Below, one piece after another: positions 33,868-46,373 of a stretch of DNA of 64,000 bases (the stretch's first letter is position 1; every line of letters begins with the position of its first letter). The position numbers were made by a program, and so were the translations under genes. The stretch comes from Oikopleura dioica (Eukaryota; Animalia; Chordata). Location: contig OU015566.1 in NCBI GenBank assembly GCA_907165135.1, positions 3,348,001 through 3,412,000 of the forward strand, given 5' to 3'. The notes beneath the pieces were generated by a model that was given only the letters and a program-made list of their open reading frames with translations, was not told the origin of the DNA and searched no databases.

Positions 33868-36800
33868 ATGAGCTGTCTAGCAGGTAAGAAAATAGACAAA
33901 AGTCAGGTGGTTTCGATTATTTTACTTTGCAAATTTGATTTCCTTTATCATCTTTTTTGAGTCAAGATCTTCTAGGACCATTTTTAAGGGAGTAACTTTC
34001 ATTGATTTCACTTTCTGATTTTCTATAGCTCGGATATTTCAGATAATTGAATTCCAATTTAAAGTGGGTAAATTCACTAATTATTTTTTTATCGATGGGA
34101 ATTTAAGGATATCATCACTGATTATTCTTTTGGTAAAAATTGGGCAAATTAACCGTTTTAGACAGTAAGGAATCACTTATTTAACTTATGGTTTTCTCCT
34201 TGAAGGTACAAAAACGAGATTTTCTAGCTGTAAAATGGATGAAGCTAGCTAGTAAATAAAGCGTAAATGGTCATTTGAAATGATATTTTTCCAAAGATAA
34301 AGTACAGAAAATCAAGGCGGCCCGCTGAGAGCATGTTTGGTCGTTTCCAAATGGCCGATAATTTTGACACTTTGGTACTAAGTACACAACTGCCTCAAGT
34401 AATGGAGGCGATTAGGGCGGCAATTTTGACACCATTATGAAAAACCTTGAGCCCGTGAAGCCAACTAAAAGTCCTTACATCTGAAAACCACCAATACTGC
34501 TTATTTTCATGGCTTAAGGGTCTACCAAACGATAATTGTGAAATTTAAAATTTAAGCTTTTCGGAGAAAATACGAGTTTTCGATTTGTCATCAGAATAAT
34601 AGTAAAGCTCTCCTTAAGGAGGTAGATATCAAGAATCGGGATTTTCTGGCAGACTTTTCTCCCAATCCTAACATAGTGACCTATGATTTTTTTTGTTTTA
34701 ATAAAAAGTTAAGGCCCTTATCTCGTGCCTATGGACGGCCGATTTCTAAATTTCCAGAAAAAAAATCGGTAAAAATGGCGTTGAAAACTCGGAAATCGCT
34801 AAAAATGACCATTTTCTTGGCAGACTTTTCTCGAAACCCTTAAATAGGGCGGAATTTATTTTCTTCTAAGAAGTTAGATAAGACCCATGTCTAGATCCTA
34901 TGAGGGCCAGATTTTAAAATTTCAAAAATTTTTTTAAGAAAAAAATCGATTTCCTGTTTTTCACGATTTTCAATGAAAATATAAAATTTTGAATTTTTAT
35001 TCAGGAGTATTAAAATCATTCTTTAAATGTTCCCAGGGGTTTTTGTTAATGTTTTTCGGACGAAAGCTAAGTAATTACTTATTTAATTACGAAAAATTTG
35101 TCGATCTATTATCAAACGGGCAAATTTTCGAGATTTTAGAGGCGATTTTGTGAAAAATCACGTGGTCCAATCAAAAAATTTTTGCTTACAAGTTTTCTCC
35201 TCAACCTTGAAACTATACGTAGAAAAAGTTTGAGGCGGAAAAATGGAAAATTTTTTTCTTGATATCTACCTCCTTAAAATCGAAACTCAAGCAAAAAACA
35301 AACAGACATCCTCCAATCACCTTTTCAGACCCGCGATTCGCGTCGCCACCGCCAGGGCCGCACCGCTTGGGCCCTATGGAATTTCAGCTCCCACCGCCAC
35401 CAGGGAGTCACATGCTCGGCTCACCAGATATAGTCACCAGTTCCTCGTCACACGATTCCAGCTTTCTCCAGACCCTCTCTGGCCCGCACGATGAGCTTGC
35501 TGGTCCTGGTGGACCACCTCAAATGGGCGCTGGTCCCTTTCCCCTGGACCGTTTGGACCGGGAATGCCGCCTCATGGACCGCCTTTTGGGTGAGTTTTTA
35601 GTTTTCAGGTGATAGGAGAGGCTACACCCTTAAGAAAATAGTGATCCTGAGATTCTTAACTAAAAAAATTTAATTGAAAATTTTGGAATAGCGGCGCGGA
35701 AAATATGTTTGAAGCAGATGGCGTGGGAAAATCTGCTCATTTTTCAGTGGTATACAAATTTTATAATGTATATAATATCTCGCAGCGGGTGGACTGCGAC
35801 CTGGTGGAGTCCGGTTTGGGCCAGGTGCGCCCGCCAGTGCAACCACCGGCGCACCACCTGGTCCCACCAAAAAGAGGCGAAAACCGAGAAAATGAAAACC
35901 TAACTCAATATGTCAGTTCCCAGGGCCAGTCATCTTTTTAGATTCATAAATACCGCTTTAATTTTCACTTTCTGAAAATAGCAGATTGTTGTGAATTATT
36001 TCCGCTCCCTCTGTAAATCCCCATATTTTATTAGTTTGTCACCCACGTGACAGCCCGGCCAAGTCCTAATTCTTAACATTTGAGCACAATAATTTGACGA
36101 TTCTAAAGTTTGATGCGATTCTTGATCAAACAGGGCATATGTGCCGTGCGTCAAGTGCCATCAAGTGCACGAAAATCTGTGCCTACTTTAAGGGTATCAA
36201 CCCTCGCGCTCTCAATTATTGAATTCGATTCATTAATTTTTGCGACTCGCGCATGTCGAAAACGGATTAATGAGTTTGTCTATTGAGATTTCAAATAATT
36301 TATAATTTCCTGCATTTTTCATAAATCGTAGGATATACCCTTAAGTTTATCCTTCTAAAAATTGGTTTTCTATTTATTTTTACTCAAAATTTCTCATTTT
36401 GGAGCACAAAAATCTAAAAGAAATGTAAATTTTTAACTTTATTTTGTTCTTTGGATGTCGAAGGGTATACCCTTAAGGGTAAAGTCGTCGATTTGGCCGA
36501 CTTTAGGGCCGACTTTAATGTTTTTTTAAATTTGTGTTTATTGATATTTTTTAAAAAAAATGATCGTTTTCGGAGCAGAAAATAAAGATTTTCGACTGAA
36601 TTATAATTTTCGTATATCGATAGGTATACCCTTATTTCGCCAATATTCGTTTTATTCAATTCCTAAAACCACTTGCTCCCGAAAAATGTATCCCGGAAGG
36701 AAATTCTGCTTCTCGCGCGTGTCGGAAAACCTTGTCGGAAATGTAGAAAATTATTTCAAGGGTAGTTAGGGTACTTCCTACTGCATTGTGTTTGTCATCG

Positions 36801-39800
36801 CAATTTCCTGTTTACAGTGGCACGCGCGCGACCCGGATTATCCTATTTAGCCCGCTTGGTGATAACCTTTAAATCCCAAATCTTCACCATTTTAAGGCGC
36901 ATCCCCCCAAAGCGCAGCCGGAAAAAAGATAAATTCAAGGGCATATTTTTTTTATTCCAAAATTCGAAAATTGAAAGGTTACTCCCTTATTAAATCATTT
37001 TCAATCGAATTTGAACATCTGCTTTTGCGAAAAAATCAAGGTCGAATGAAAAAGGGAGAAATTTTCCTCTAGAATTTGGCGGCCGAGGTGCTTGATATTG
37101 GAATGTCAATTACACGAGTGGCCAGTGGAATTCGCGCGCACCGGGAGCACCCACTGATCAAGAACATACACACTCATCCACAGAATTTTAATAAAATTTC
37201 TTTCCAAATTTGAAAATTTAAAAATTTCAAGAATCAAAATTTCAAAAAAATTTTCAGGTCTGAAAATATTGATGAAAGTCAATATGTCGTTTACATTGAT
37301 CAAAGGTATCATTTAGCCTGTAGACGCCCTTAAGGGTGGGGCGACGAGAAGTGGTAGTGAACTAGAAAGTAGAAGCACTGGTGAAAATAGTAGATTCCTG
37401 CTTTTTTTTATCAGGACATTAACATTTTGACATGCGAGGAGAAATCTAGTCTTTGATAAACCAAACGCTGGGGGTTATCTTAACTAAACAGGAAGATTCC
37501 TTTTTTTGTGTTTGGGAAAAATGAGAATTTTATGGGTGTCAAAGTCAAAAGAAAAGCTGAGCAGTAATATGTTTTTGAGAAATTTAAGGGTATCGCCCCC
37601 GAAAAATCAATTTTTCGTCGAAAGTCGAAATAGTCGGAGGTACACCCTTAAGCTCTTTCTGTGGCCCGAGTTTTTTTATGACAGCCCTAGTAGGAATTAA
37701 GGGGATACAGTCCGTTATGTCACTTTGAAAGTGAGTTTTTTGGTTCGTTATTTTAGCCCAAGTCATAAGACGACTACGGAGTCGCCCTCTTTTTTTGCAG
37801 GTGCTGTGACAAGGCGCTTCCTTATGAAAATGGCAAGCGATTCTTATCACATTTTCTTATCACTCGCCTTGGATAAGCAAAGAATAGCTCTACTGACAGC
37901 CCAGCAAAATGGTGATCACAGATAGTCATCATCCATAACAAGAAAAGAGAACTTTTTCTTTTCAAAATTTTTCGAGTTCCAAATTTAATATGCTTTTTTC
38001 GAAGATATAATATGCTCCCCAAACACGCGAAAAATGGCCCAGCTGTTTCTATTGAGGAACAATTTTGAGCAAATTTCGCTGTTTAATTTAGCTTTGTTCA
38101 GGTACTTTTTTGACGCGTGTTCCTTTCAGTCCTCAAATGCCGGATTTTGACGCCTCCGGACAATCGGACTAAAATCGGCTATTTACTTTTCCGGATTAAA
38201 TTTTCTTCGCCTCTTCCACTCCGGATTTAATCAGTAATGATTAAAAAAAGGGATGGGAAGTGGCAAAAAGGGCGGGGTTGGAATTGATAAAAAGCAATTA
38301 AGGGTATCCCTATCTTAGATTCGTATTTTCCATCTTTCGCGAAGCTTTTTCATTCGGTTCATTTCCCAAATGTCGGCTTGATCTAATTGCTCGCGGCGGA
38401 TGATCCAGGCTATGATCCGACAAATTCGGCACCTGTGAGTGACAACAATATTCCCTCAAAATCGACAATTCCCAAAAATGCACATGCAATAGATCAATTT
38501 GAAAAAATACTTTTTTGAATCTCCGCCAAAAGGAAAGGAAAGAAGTATTGCATCAATTTTTGACCCCAACCCATCGTGGCTTCCGGATAAAAAATGGGAT
38601 CAGGGCGGGTTAACCGCTACGTCCTGCTTCAGCACAAGGCTTAAAACACTAGTTCTTTTTCTTTGTTTTAATTTTTTAAGCGGAATTGCACGTTTTGGTC
38701 GCTGCTTTTCGAGGCGTAAATTTGCAGTATTTTTCTCCTAATCCCGCGAGTCAATTTGGGCAACACTTGTTTTTGCCAGGGATTATGGAGGAAGCCTGCC
38801 TTTCTATACAAATAATAATTTGGGGATTGACGAATAATTTGAAAAGCCTTAGAAAAGTTCCACATTCGATGAGTCTCAAGTATTTTCATGAAAACTCATG
38901 AAAAAAAAAATTTTTGAGAACCTTTTCGAGCCGAAATTCATGAAAACTTATGAAAAAAAGGAATCATTTTGAGAAAATTTTCGAGCCAAAAATCGTGAAA
39001 ACTCATCTTAGAAGGAAGCTATATAATATAGAACATACAACTTTTCGAGTCGAAAGTCACAATAACTCGTGAAAAAATGATGCGCTTTTGAGAAAACCTT
39101 TTGAGCCGAAAATCATGAAAACTCATCATAAAAACTCGCGCGCTAAAATCAAAAGAAAAATATTCAACTCCGGCGCTAGAATCCAGTCGCGGGTCCCTCT
39201 CATCGGCTCAAGAGCTCACTCTCTTGTCCAAAATTCAAAATTTTCAAATTTCGCGAAAATGTCTTTCTTGAAAGAAAACTTACACGCTAAATTAGCGAAT
39301 ATCAAAGGCCCACGCCCCTGGAAGAGCGCGCGTATGGGGGCTACTTGAGAATGTTTACAGAAATTAGCATTTTGGCACTTTTCTTTTGAGATTTTTTGAA
39401 TTTGAAATTTTAGCGTGAAATGCCAAGAATGTTGGGTAATCAGCTGTTTGCGGCGCCAATTTTGATTCTGAATTAATTAAATTAAGAAGGAACACGATTG
39501 TTTTCCAAAAAACACCCAGCCCAATGATCGTGGCGCTAGAAAAAAAAAGAGCTGAGTCGAAATCAAATTTCTCGACTCGAAATGCCACCCATCTGCTGAT
39601 CACAAATTAATTTTCGGACCGAAATTGAGTTTTCTTATCAAAAAGTCGACATTTTTCGGCTCAAACTTTCTCAAAAATTGGGGGAGAAAGGTTAATCCGC
39701 TGAGTTTTGACTCGAAAAAACGAGGCATCATCGAATTTTTTTCCTTAAAAAATTCAATCAACGAATCAAAAATAAGGGTATCAAAACGATAAACCAGTAT

Positions 39801-42800
39801 TTTATCATTTATAAATAAAGCTCTTTAAAAATCGAAGTCAAAAATGTAAAGATGGGATACCCTTAAGAAAATTAAACGACTTGTTACCAATTTAACCGAC
39901 ATAGTATAGGGGGTCCCCTTATAAACGAATTTTTGTCATAAAAAACGTATTTGATTTTCGATTTTTTTTTTATTTATTTTCTTGAAAAAACAGGTGTCAA
40001 GAAAAAGACTCCACGATTTTTTCTAGTCACAGGTGCAATTTTGAACCCCCCAAAACCTCAAGTCACTTCCGTTTCCGATTTTCTCAGCGCACCTGCGCCA
40101 GGAATATATTTTTGGCAAACTAGTTTAAATTAGTTTTACGCAGCTGGTGCTTAGGCCGAAGCAACAAGGAAGAGAGAGTAATTTTATTTTTAGCCATCGA
40201 CTTGGATTTCCTCCGGGAATGCCCTGTGGACCGAGACTTGGACTGCCGATTCCGCCGCCGCCGTTCTTGGACTTTTATGGAATGCCTGGTGGTTTAGATG
40301 GCAATTATAGAAAGGTAAAAGAAAATTCCAAAAAAAAAACGAATTTAAGGCTCCTCCTTCTGTTTGACATTTATTAAAAGGCACAAAGAACGTTTTCGAG
40401 TCAAAAAACTCAGATATTCTTAAGGGTATCCCTTTCAAATTAAGTCATTTTGTCAATTTATGTTCGAACTTATATTTGATGCATTTTTGACTCAAAAAAT
40501 TAAGAGTATCCCAACAATATTAAACAACAAGATATCTTTTGAAAATATCGTTGGGATGCCCTTAATTATTTTTGACTCAAAAAAGGCTCAAGCATAAATG
40601 ATCATATGACTCGTTTTGAGAGGTATACCCTTAGATATCTTATATTTTTCATTTTTATAATTATGTTTCTTAAAAAATAAAATCAGCTTCAGAAGAGAAA
40701 AGCGTGCGGAAAATGCGTACCCTGCCAGCGAAAAGACAACTGCGGCACATGCCTGAACTGCGTCAACCGAGCAAAAGGCAAACAAATCTGCATCCACAGG
40801 AAATGCGACGCTCTCAAGAAAAAGGTAAGCGGCCACTTTCTAATGGCTGAAAATCTCGGCCGGCGGCGGCGCTGTTGCGAGTTGAATTCATTTCATTTTT
40901 TTTAATTCAAAAGTGCAATTTAGTTGACACACCCGCCGCTCGTTTATAATGCATTAGAGCACAGATTTGGCAGATTTGGGCACGCAATGTTAACTCATTA
41001 GTGACTCCATGTTTTTTCTTTGCCAGTTTTTTCGGGAAGAAAGGGTTCGTGATAGATACACTTTCTTCCCAAAAAAACTGATTGATCCGATTGGGGGGGT
41101 TGAATTTCGACTCGAAATTTTTTCACTCGGAATTTTTTTCGACTCGAAATTCTTTTTCTCGAAATTTTTTTCGACTCAAAATTTTTTGACTCGAAATTCT
41201 TTTCGACTTGAATTAATTTTTCGAGCCGAAATTTCGAGCGCCAGTTTGACTTCTAAAATTCTGTTTAACCCTCTCTGTATCAGCACGATTTTAAAAAAGA
41301 AGAAGCCGGTATGTGCATTCGAGTGCCGGAATGCATGTCCATCTCGATTCACATTTTTATCGCTTGAGCAAAGTGCCCGAGCGGGCTCCTCAAAATTTAT
41401 AAATATTGAAATTTTAAACTCAAAAGGGCAAAATGCTTATTTAATGCATCAAATTCAGCCCGAATATGTCCCTTTCGTTTTGCTTATACAGGCAATTTTG
41501 GAAGTTTCAAGAAAGAAGAAAAGCAAAGTTTCGTTTTCGAGTCGAAAATTCTCAAAAACATCCTCAAGAACCTAATGATTTTCTTGTCGAAAAAGAGTTT
41601 CGACTCGAAATTTGGATTTATTGAAGAATCAGTGATTCTGAATCACTCAAAATAACTCCTCTATATTTTCAAATTTCGGCTCGAAAAAGTGTTTTTTTTT
41701 TGCTCAAAACGAAGAATTCAACGTAGAAAACCACTTTTTCGAGTCGAAATTGAGATCTGTCGAATAATCGTTTTTTTGAGTCATTTTTCGACACATAACC
41801 ATTTTTCTGGCAAAATCTGCAAAATGGAAAAAGAAAAAAATAATGAATCGGATCAGAGGCGGTTCTTAGGCTTGACCACAAGAGTTGGAAAATTCAAAAG
41901 TACTCGCCGTCGCTTTCGATTTTGCATAAAGCAGGGACCACAAATGAAGTTAACCGCGGCGGCACATAATCGCTCTAATTAACCAAACCTAATACTACGC
42001 AGAATCGACAACAAGCAAAAAAAGTAACTGTATTTTTCAGGCTTCGAAATTCGACAAAGATGACGACAAAGACGACAGAAGCAACGGTCACAAGGTAAGG
42101 AGACACCGACAGTTTTTCTCGGAGGGTTGATTAGGCGGCAAATTAAGGGATTCAATTGCGAATATTTCTTTTTCCATGTCGATAGGAATCTGAAGCCAGG
42201 GTAAATAGAGGAAAGTGGGTCTAACTGACGCAGGAATTTGAACTTTGGAAGAAGATTTCGACTCGAAAAAAGCAAAGATTATTAAGGGCTTCCCACCGAA
42301 AACTGAGATTTTCGATTTTCGAAGATTTCGACTCGAGAGAAGCAAAAATTACTAAGGGCTTCCCAAAGAAAACTGAGACTTTCGATTTTGAGGAGATTTC
42401 GACTCGAAAAAAGCATAAAATATTATGGGTATCCAAACGAAACTTAACAAAATTTGAATGGTTAAGGGTATCCTCAACGATCTCATTCGACCGCTAAAAT
42501 CGTTGGTGACACCCTTAAAGTGAAGCCCTTTTCTCGATTTTCTTCGATTCTTTGAATGAGAAAGTCCTCAATTTTTATCACTAGAAATCTTCAAGTGCCC
42601 GAAAAACCCACAAAGTAACATAAAAGCCATAAGTCCTCTTCCCTCCACAAAAAAAAAAGAAAGTGGAGAGTGGCAGCTCGATAAGATCACCGAGGTCATT
42701 GTGCACCTGTTATCTTCACTTTCCCTCTCGATATTTATTTTTTCGCGAAATTTTTTGAAATTTCTTTGTCAAGGAGAAAGAGAGCAAATGATATCACTAA

Positions 42801-45476
42801 TTAATCTACGCGCGCGGGCGCACTCGCTCTAATGCGCTTAGGAAGTCAACCCTTTTTCCGGGCTAAACTGATACCTTTGACATTTTCCTTTTTTCCCTGT
42901 CCCGATTTTTTCCCTTTTCGAGCTGGCTGGATGAAGAAATCAGATATACATTTTTCGCTGTAATTTAACACTGCTCCAAGTCGCGCCCCTGTGTGTATCG
43001 AGGTGGCGTTATCTTGTTTATTTACTAATGCGGTGGTGTTATTCTAACGTATCCTCGCTCGTCTGTTGGGGCGTATTTGTTCAGCTACTCGGTAATGAGC
43101 ACCACCGAGCCCATAATTTTACATAAACACCTTCTACCAAACAAATTATTACTTTAGCTCGAAAATACACAACCACCATCTTCCCCGGTGGCTTTTTGAG
43201 ATTTCAAGGAAATTGACATACAACTATGAAAATAACTTTTTCCGCAGCAAAACAACTCTCGACTCGGAAACCTGCAAAAAAACCCTGAGTCAGGGTTTTC
43301 AATCAGCTCTTAAGAAAAGCCGCTTAAAACAAAGCCGCGAAGCTTCCACGCGGCTTTTCCAGCGGCTTTTCGAAACCCTGACTCAGGTTTCGAAACAGGT
43401 TTTCGACTCGCTTGATTTAAGGGTATCAACAACGATTTTTGAAATTCGAAGCTCACTCCCTTAATTCGGAAAACCTGATTCAGGTTTTAAAATATCTTTC
43501 CGATCCGCTTGATTTAAGGGTATCAACAACGATTATTCGAAAAATCGATGCTCACCCCCTTAATTCAAAAAACCTGGAACGCACCCCATTTTCTTATGCC
43601 ATGAAAATCGTAATTAAAAGTTTTGATTTCATGACTCAACAAAAAAAAAATTCTCAATTCTGCCTAATTGAAAATTTCAAACTCAATCAACTCGTGCAAA
43701 CATTCCCATTCTTCACTGGCGCTCGTTCAAGAAAACGAGTTAAAAAGAGCGATTGCGTTTATTTTTCTTGGAGATATAGTTTTCTTTCTTTCAAAAAGAA
43801 AAATCGCCATTTTTTCGAAATTTTCTGAAAACTTTTTTGCGCCAAATTTGTTTTGAGAAGAAATATGGATATATTTCCATTTGAAAAAAAGGAGGATGAG
43901 ATTTATCATCACAAAAATAATCAATGTCGATTTCAAATTTGAAATCTCAAAATCGCGCAAATCCTAATTGGATTGAAAGGCAAACCAAATAATTGATGGA
44001 TTCTGAGAAGCCGCTTAGCCCGACTGGCTTCAGAGCTCAAATAGACAATAAAGATGACCGACTAAGACCCTTTTAAAATAATGAAATGGAAGGAAAGATA
44101 GATACAGTAACTTATTTTGTCGATTTTAGTCGCCGTTTTCGGAGCGAGATGGAATGAGACCGCCGCAAATGATGCCCTTTGGAGATGGTCTAATGCCTGG
44201 AATGCCTGGTAAGTCAGACTTTTTCATCTTTATTTATCGTCCGGGAGCACCTTATTTTCGAAAAACTTCATTGATCGCTAACCATTATACTTAGATCGTG
44301 ACGGGAACCTCCCTCCTCCGATGATGGGTCTTCCACCGCACATGATGCCTCCTCACCCTGGCATGCTCGGCCCCGTTCCTCCATCTTGGGACGGTCCAGG
44401 CCCCCATGGCCCCGGCCTCCCACCACATCCCCTCGGTCCTGGCGGCCCAGGTCCAGCCTTGGATCCGAATGGCCCGCATCCGCCGCCATTTTACCCACCT
44501 CCTGGAGAAATGATGCCTTTTGACGAGAACTCGCCTCACCATCCTGCATTCATGGCGAACAACAATCCTCAGAATTTGAACTCGTCGAACGATTCATCAT
44601 CTCCACAGCCGCAGAGTAATCCTCAAATCACACCGCTCGGTTCGAATCAATTGCCTCCTGTTAGCGACAGGGTTCGGTAATTTGAGCTCAAGCTAAAACT
44701 CATTTTGGCTAGACGCTCAAATTTCCTCAAATTGAGAACTCAAAGTGACTTGAGAAATCATTTTGAGAAAATTTGAGAGTTTAGAGAGTTTTGAGTTTTT
44801 GGGAGATTTGAGAGTTTTGAGTTTTCAAAACTCAAATTAAGCGAGCGCTTCCTTGATTGGCTCATGGATCGCCCGAATTGATTTCTCACTTGAGCTCTCA
44901 TCTCTGAGTTCTCAAAACTCAAATTAAAAAACGTGAGTCTCAAGCTTTGTTTCCTTGAGTTTTAGCGTGAGCTCAAATTACCGAACCCTGGTTAGCGAAG
45001 AAGGATTGACCCCAATGACGAATCCCCATCATCTTCCCCCTGCTCCTCATCATCCCCATCATCTGCCGCATTTGTCCGCCCCCTTCTTCCCAGGGCCAGG
45101 TGGAGAAATGCCTCTGCCGCCGATTTCGATGGTTTCATCGCTGCCGCAAAGTCTCCCCTTGCCCCTGCCGATGATGAGTCATCCTCCCATCAGCAGCAGC
45201 ACGCCAGACCAGCCCCAACTCAACATCCCCGGCCCTGGCTTGCTAAAACCGATCATTTCAACAACTCCGACTCCGATAACCTCCTCAAATCCTCTTCCAG
45301 CAAATCCGGCAATACCGAATGCGCCATTGCCAACAACAACGACGCCGCAAAATCCAGCGGGAATGAGCGGAAAGAACACGAGTTTGAACAATTCGCCGGA
45401 AAGCGGGAGCAGATGCTCGATAAGTCCGAGAGACTCGGGTTATGACTCGAACGAAGTTGTCAAGACGGAGCTCTAG
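33868..45476 (+). CDS. CXXC4/CXXC5/TET-type zf-CXXC protein, proline-rich, spread over long introns
   Basis: Exon 40693-40824 encodes [44 protein letters not shown]. Phase-compatible Pro/Gly-rich exons at 33868-33883, 35329-35589, 35786-, about 40194-40314, about 42040-42095, about 44130-44208, about 44297-44671 and about 44967-45476. Some internal exons are unresolved. Confidence 0.75.
41101..41240. repeat. Degenerate TTTCGACTCGAAA short tandem repeat
   Basis: Repeated ttcgactcgaa units spaced about 16-18 bp apart in a CXXC gene intron. Confidence 0.7.
42251..42440. repeat. About 70-bp tandem repeat (3 partial copies) with TTCGACTCGAA
   Basis: gaagatttcgactcga at 42251 and 42321, with a variant ggagatttcgactcga at 42392. 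Confidence 0.75.
43270..43400. mobile_element. MITE family A copy
   Basis: aaaccctgagtcaggg ... ccctgactcaggttt with aagccgc/gcggctt hairpins. Confidence 0.7.
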
Positions 45477-46373
45477 AATTTGAGAAAATTCAAAATGGAG
45501 AAATGAGCTGTTGTATTAAATTGTAAGTTGGACAAAATTTATTCTTTTTCAACAAAAAATCTTTAAAAAATAATTCAAATTTAATCGGCAATTCAAAAAT
45601 TCTCTTCCTTGATTTCAAAACTAACTATTTCCTTTCAGATATTTATTTCGCTGGCTGAAAAACACGGAGCAGTTAGGATCTTGCATGATCTTTTTTCTCT
45701 TTGAACCTTCATCTTTCAATCAAAAACTCGCAATAGACTATAGTCAACCCTTCAACTTTCAACTTTCGCTAAAAAGAATCAACCTTACTGTATTTCAAAA
45801 AACTGTACAAAACGACGACAAACACACAAAACCATTCATTTTTAAGTTGCAGTCTGTATCTTTTGTTTATTTCCTGTTGTAAAAATAAAAAACTATCGAA
45901 TAAAAATAAAAATAGAAAACTTTGAGCTTTTTGATGAATTTGATCATGCGCTGGAAATTCTAGCAGCTGCAGCAAATGTCAAAAGAGGGAAGAGCTACAA
46001 AGGTCAATTCCAGCTTATCTTTAATTTTGCGGAATCGAGTTTTGATCGAAAAACTTTCAAAATTGATCCAATTTTTTCGGCACAGGTGCAGAAATTTTAC
46101 TTCCGTAGTCGTTTTCATAAATTTTTACTACCGACTTTGATTGGTTTTTCGAAAAAAAAATTAAAGTAAAAAAATATTTTTCGATTATTAAAAATAAAAA
46201 ATTATGATTTTTGCAATCACCTAAAATACAATTGTCTAATAAGAACGGTACTATTTTCGCCCCAAACTCGCTTTGTTCAACGAACATGTTTCAACCAAAA
46301 ACATGATAAACATAACTTTCCCGGGTCTTCTTGGCCATTTCACGTTTGCATCAAAAATTTTCAAAATTAAAAA

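Noticed and set aside
36134-36190. Possible extra CXXC-gene exon ([16 protein letters not shown])
   Set aside because: It needs non-canonical donors on both sides and cannot be validated without transcripts.
41009-41575. 188-aa ORF
   Set aside because: It is largely the translation of the TTTCGACTCGAAA repeat and Phe/Lys-biased AT-rich intron DNA inside the CXXC gene.
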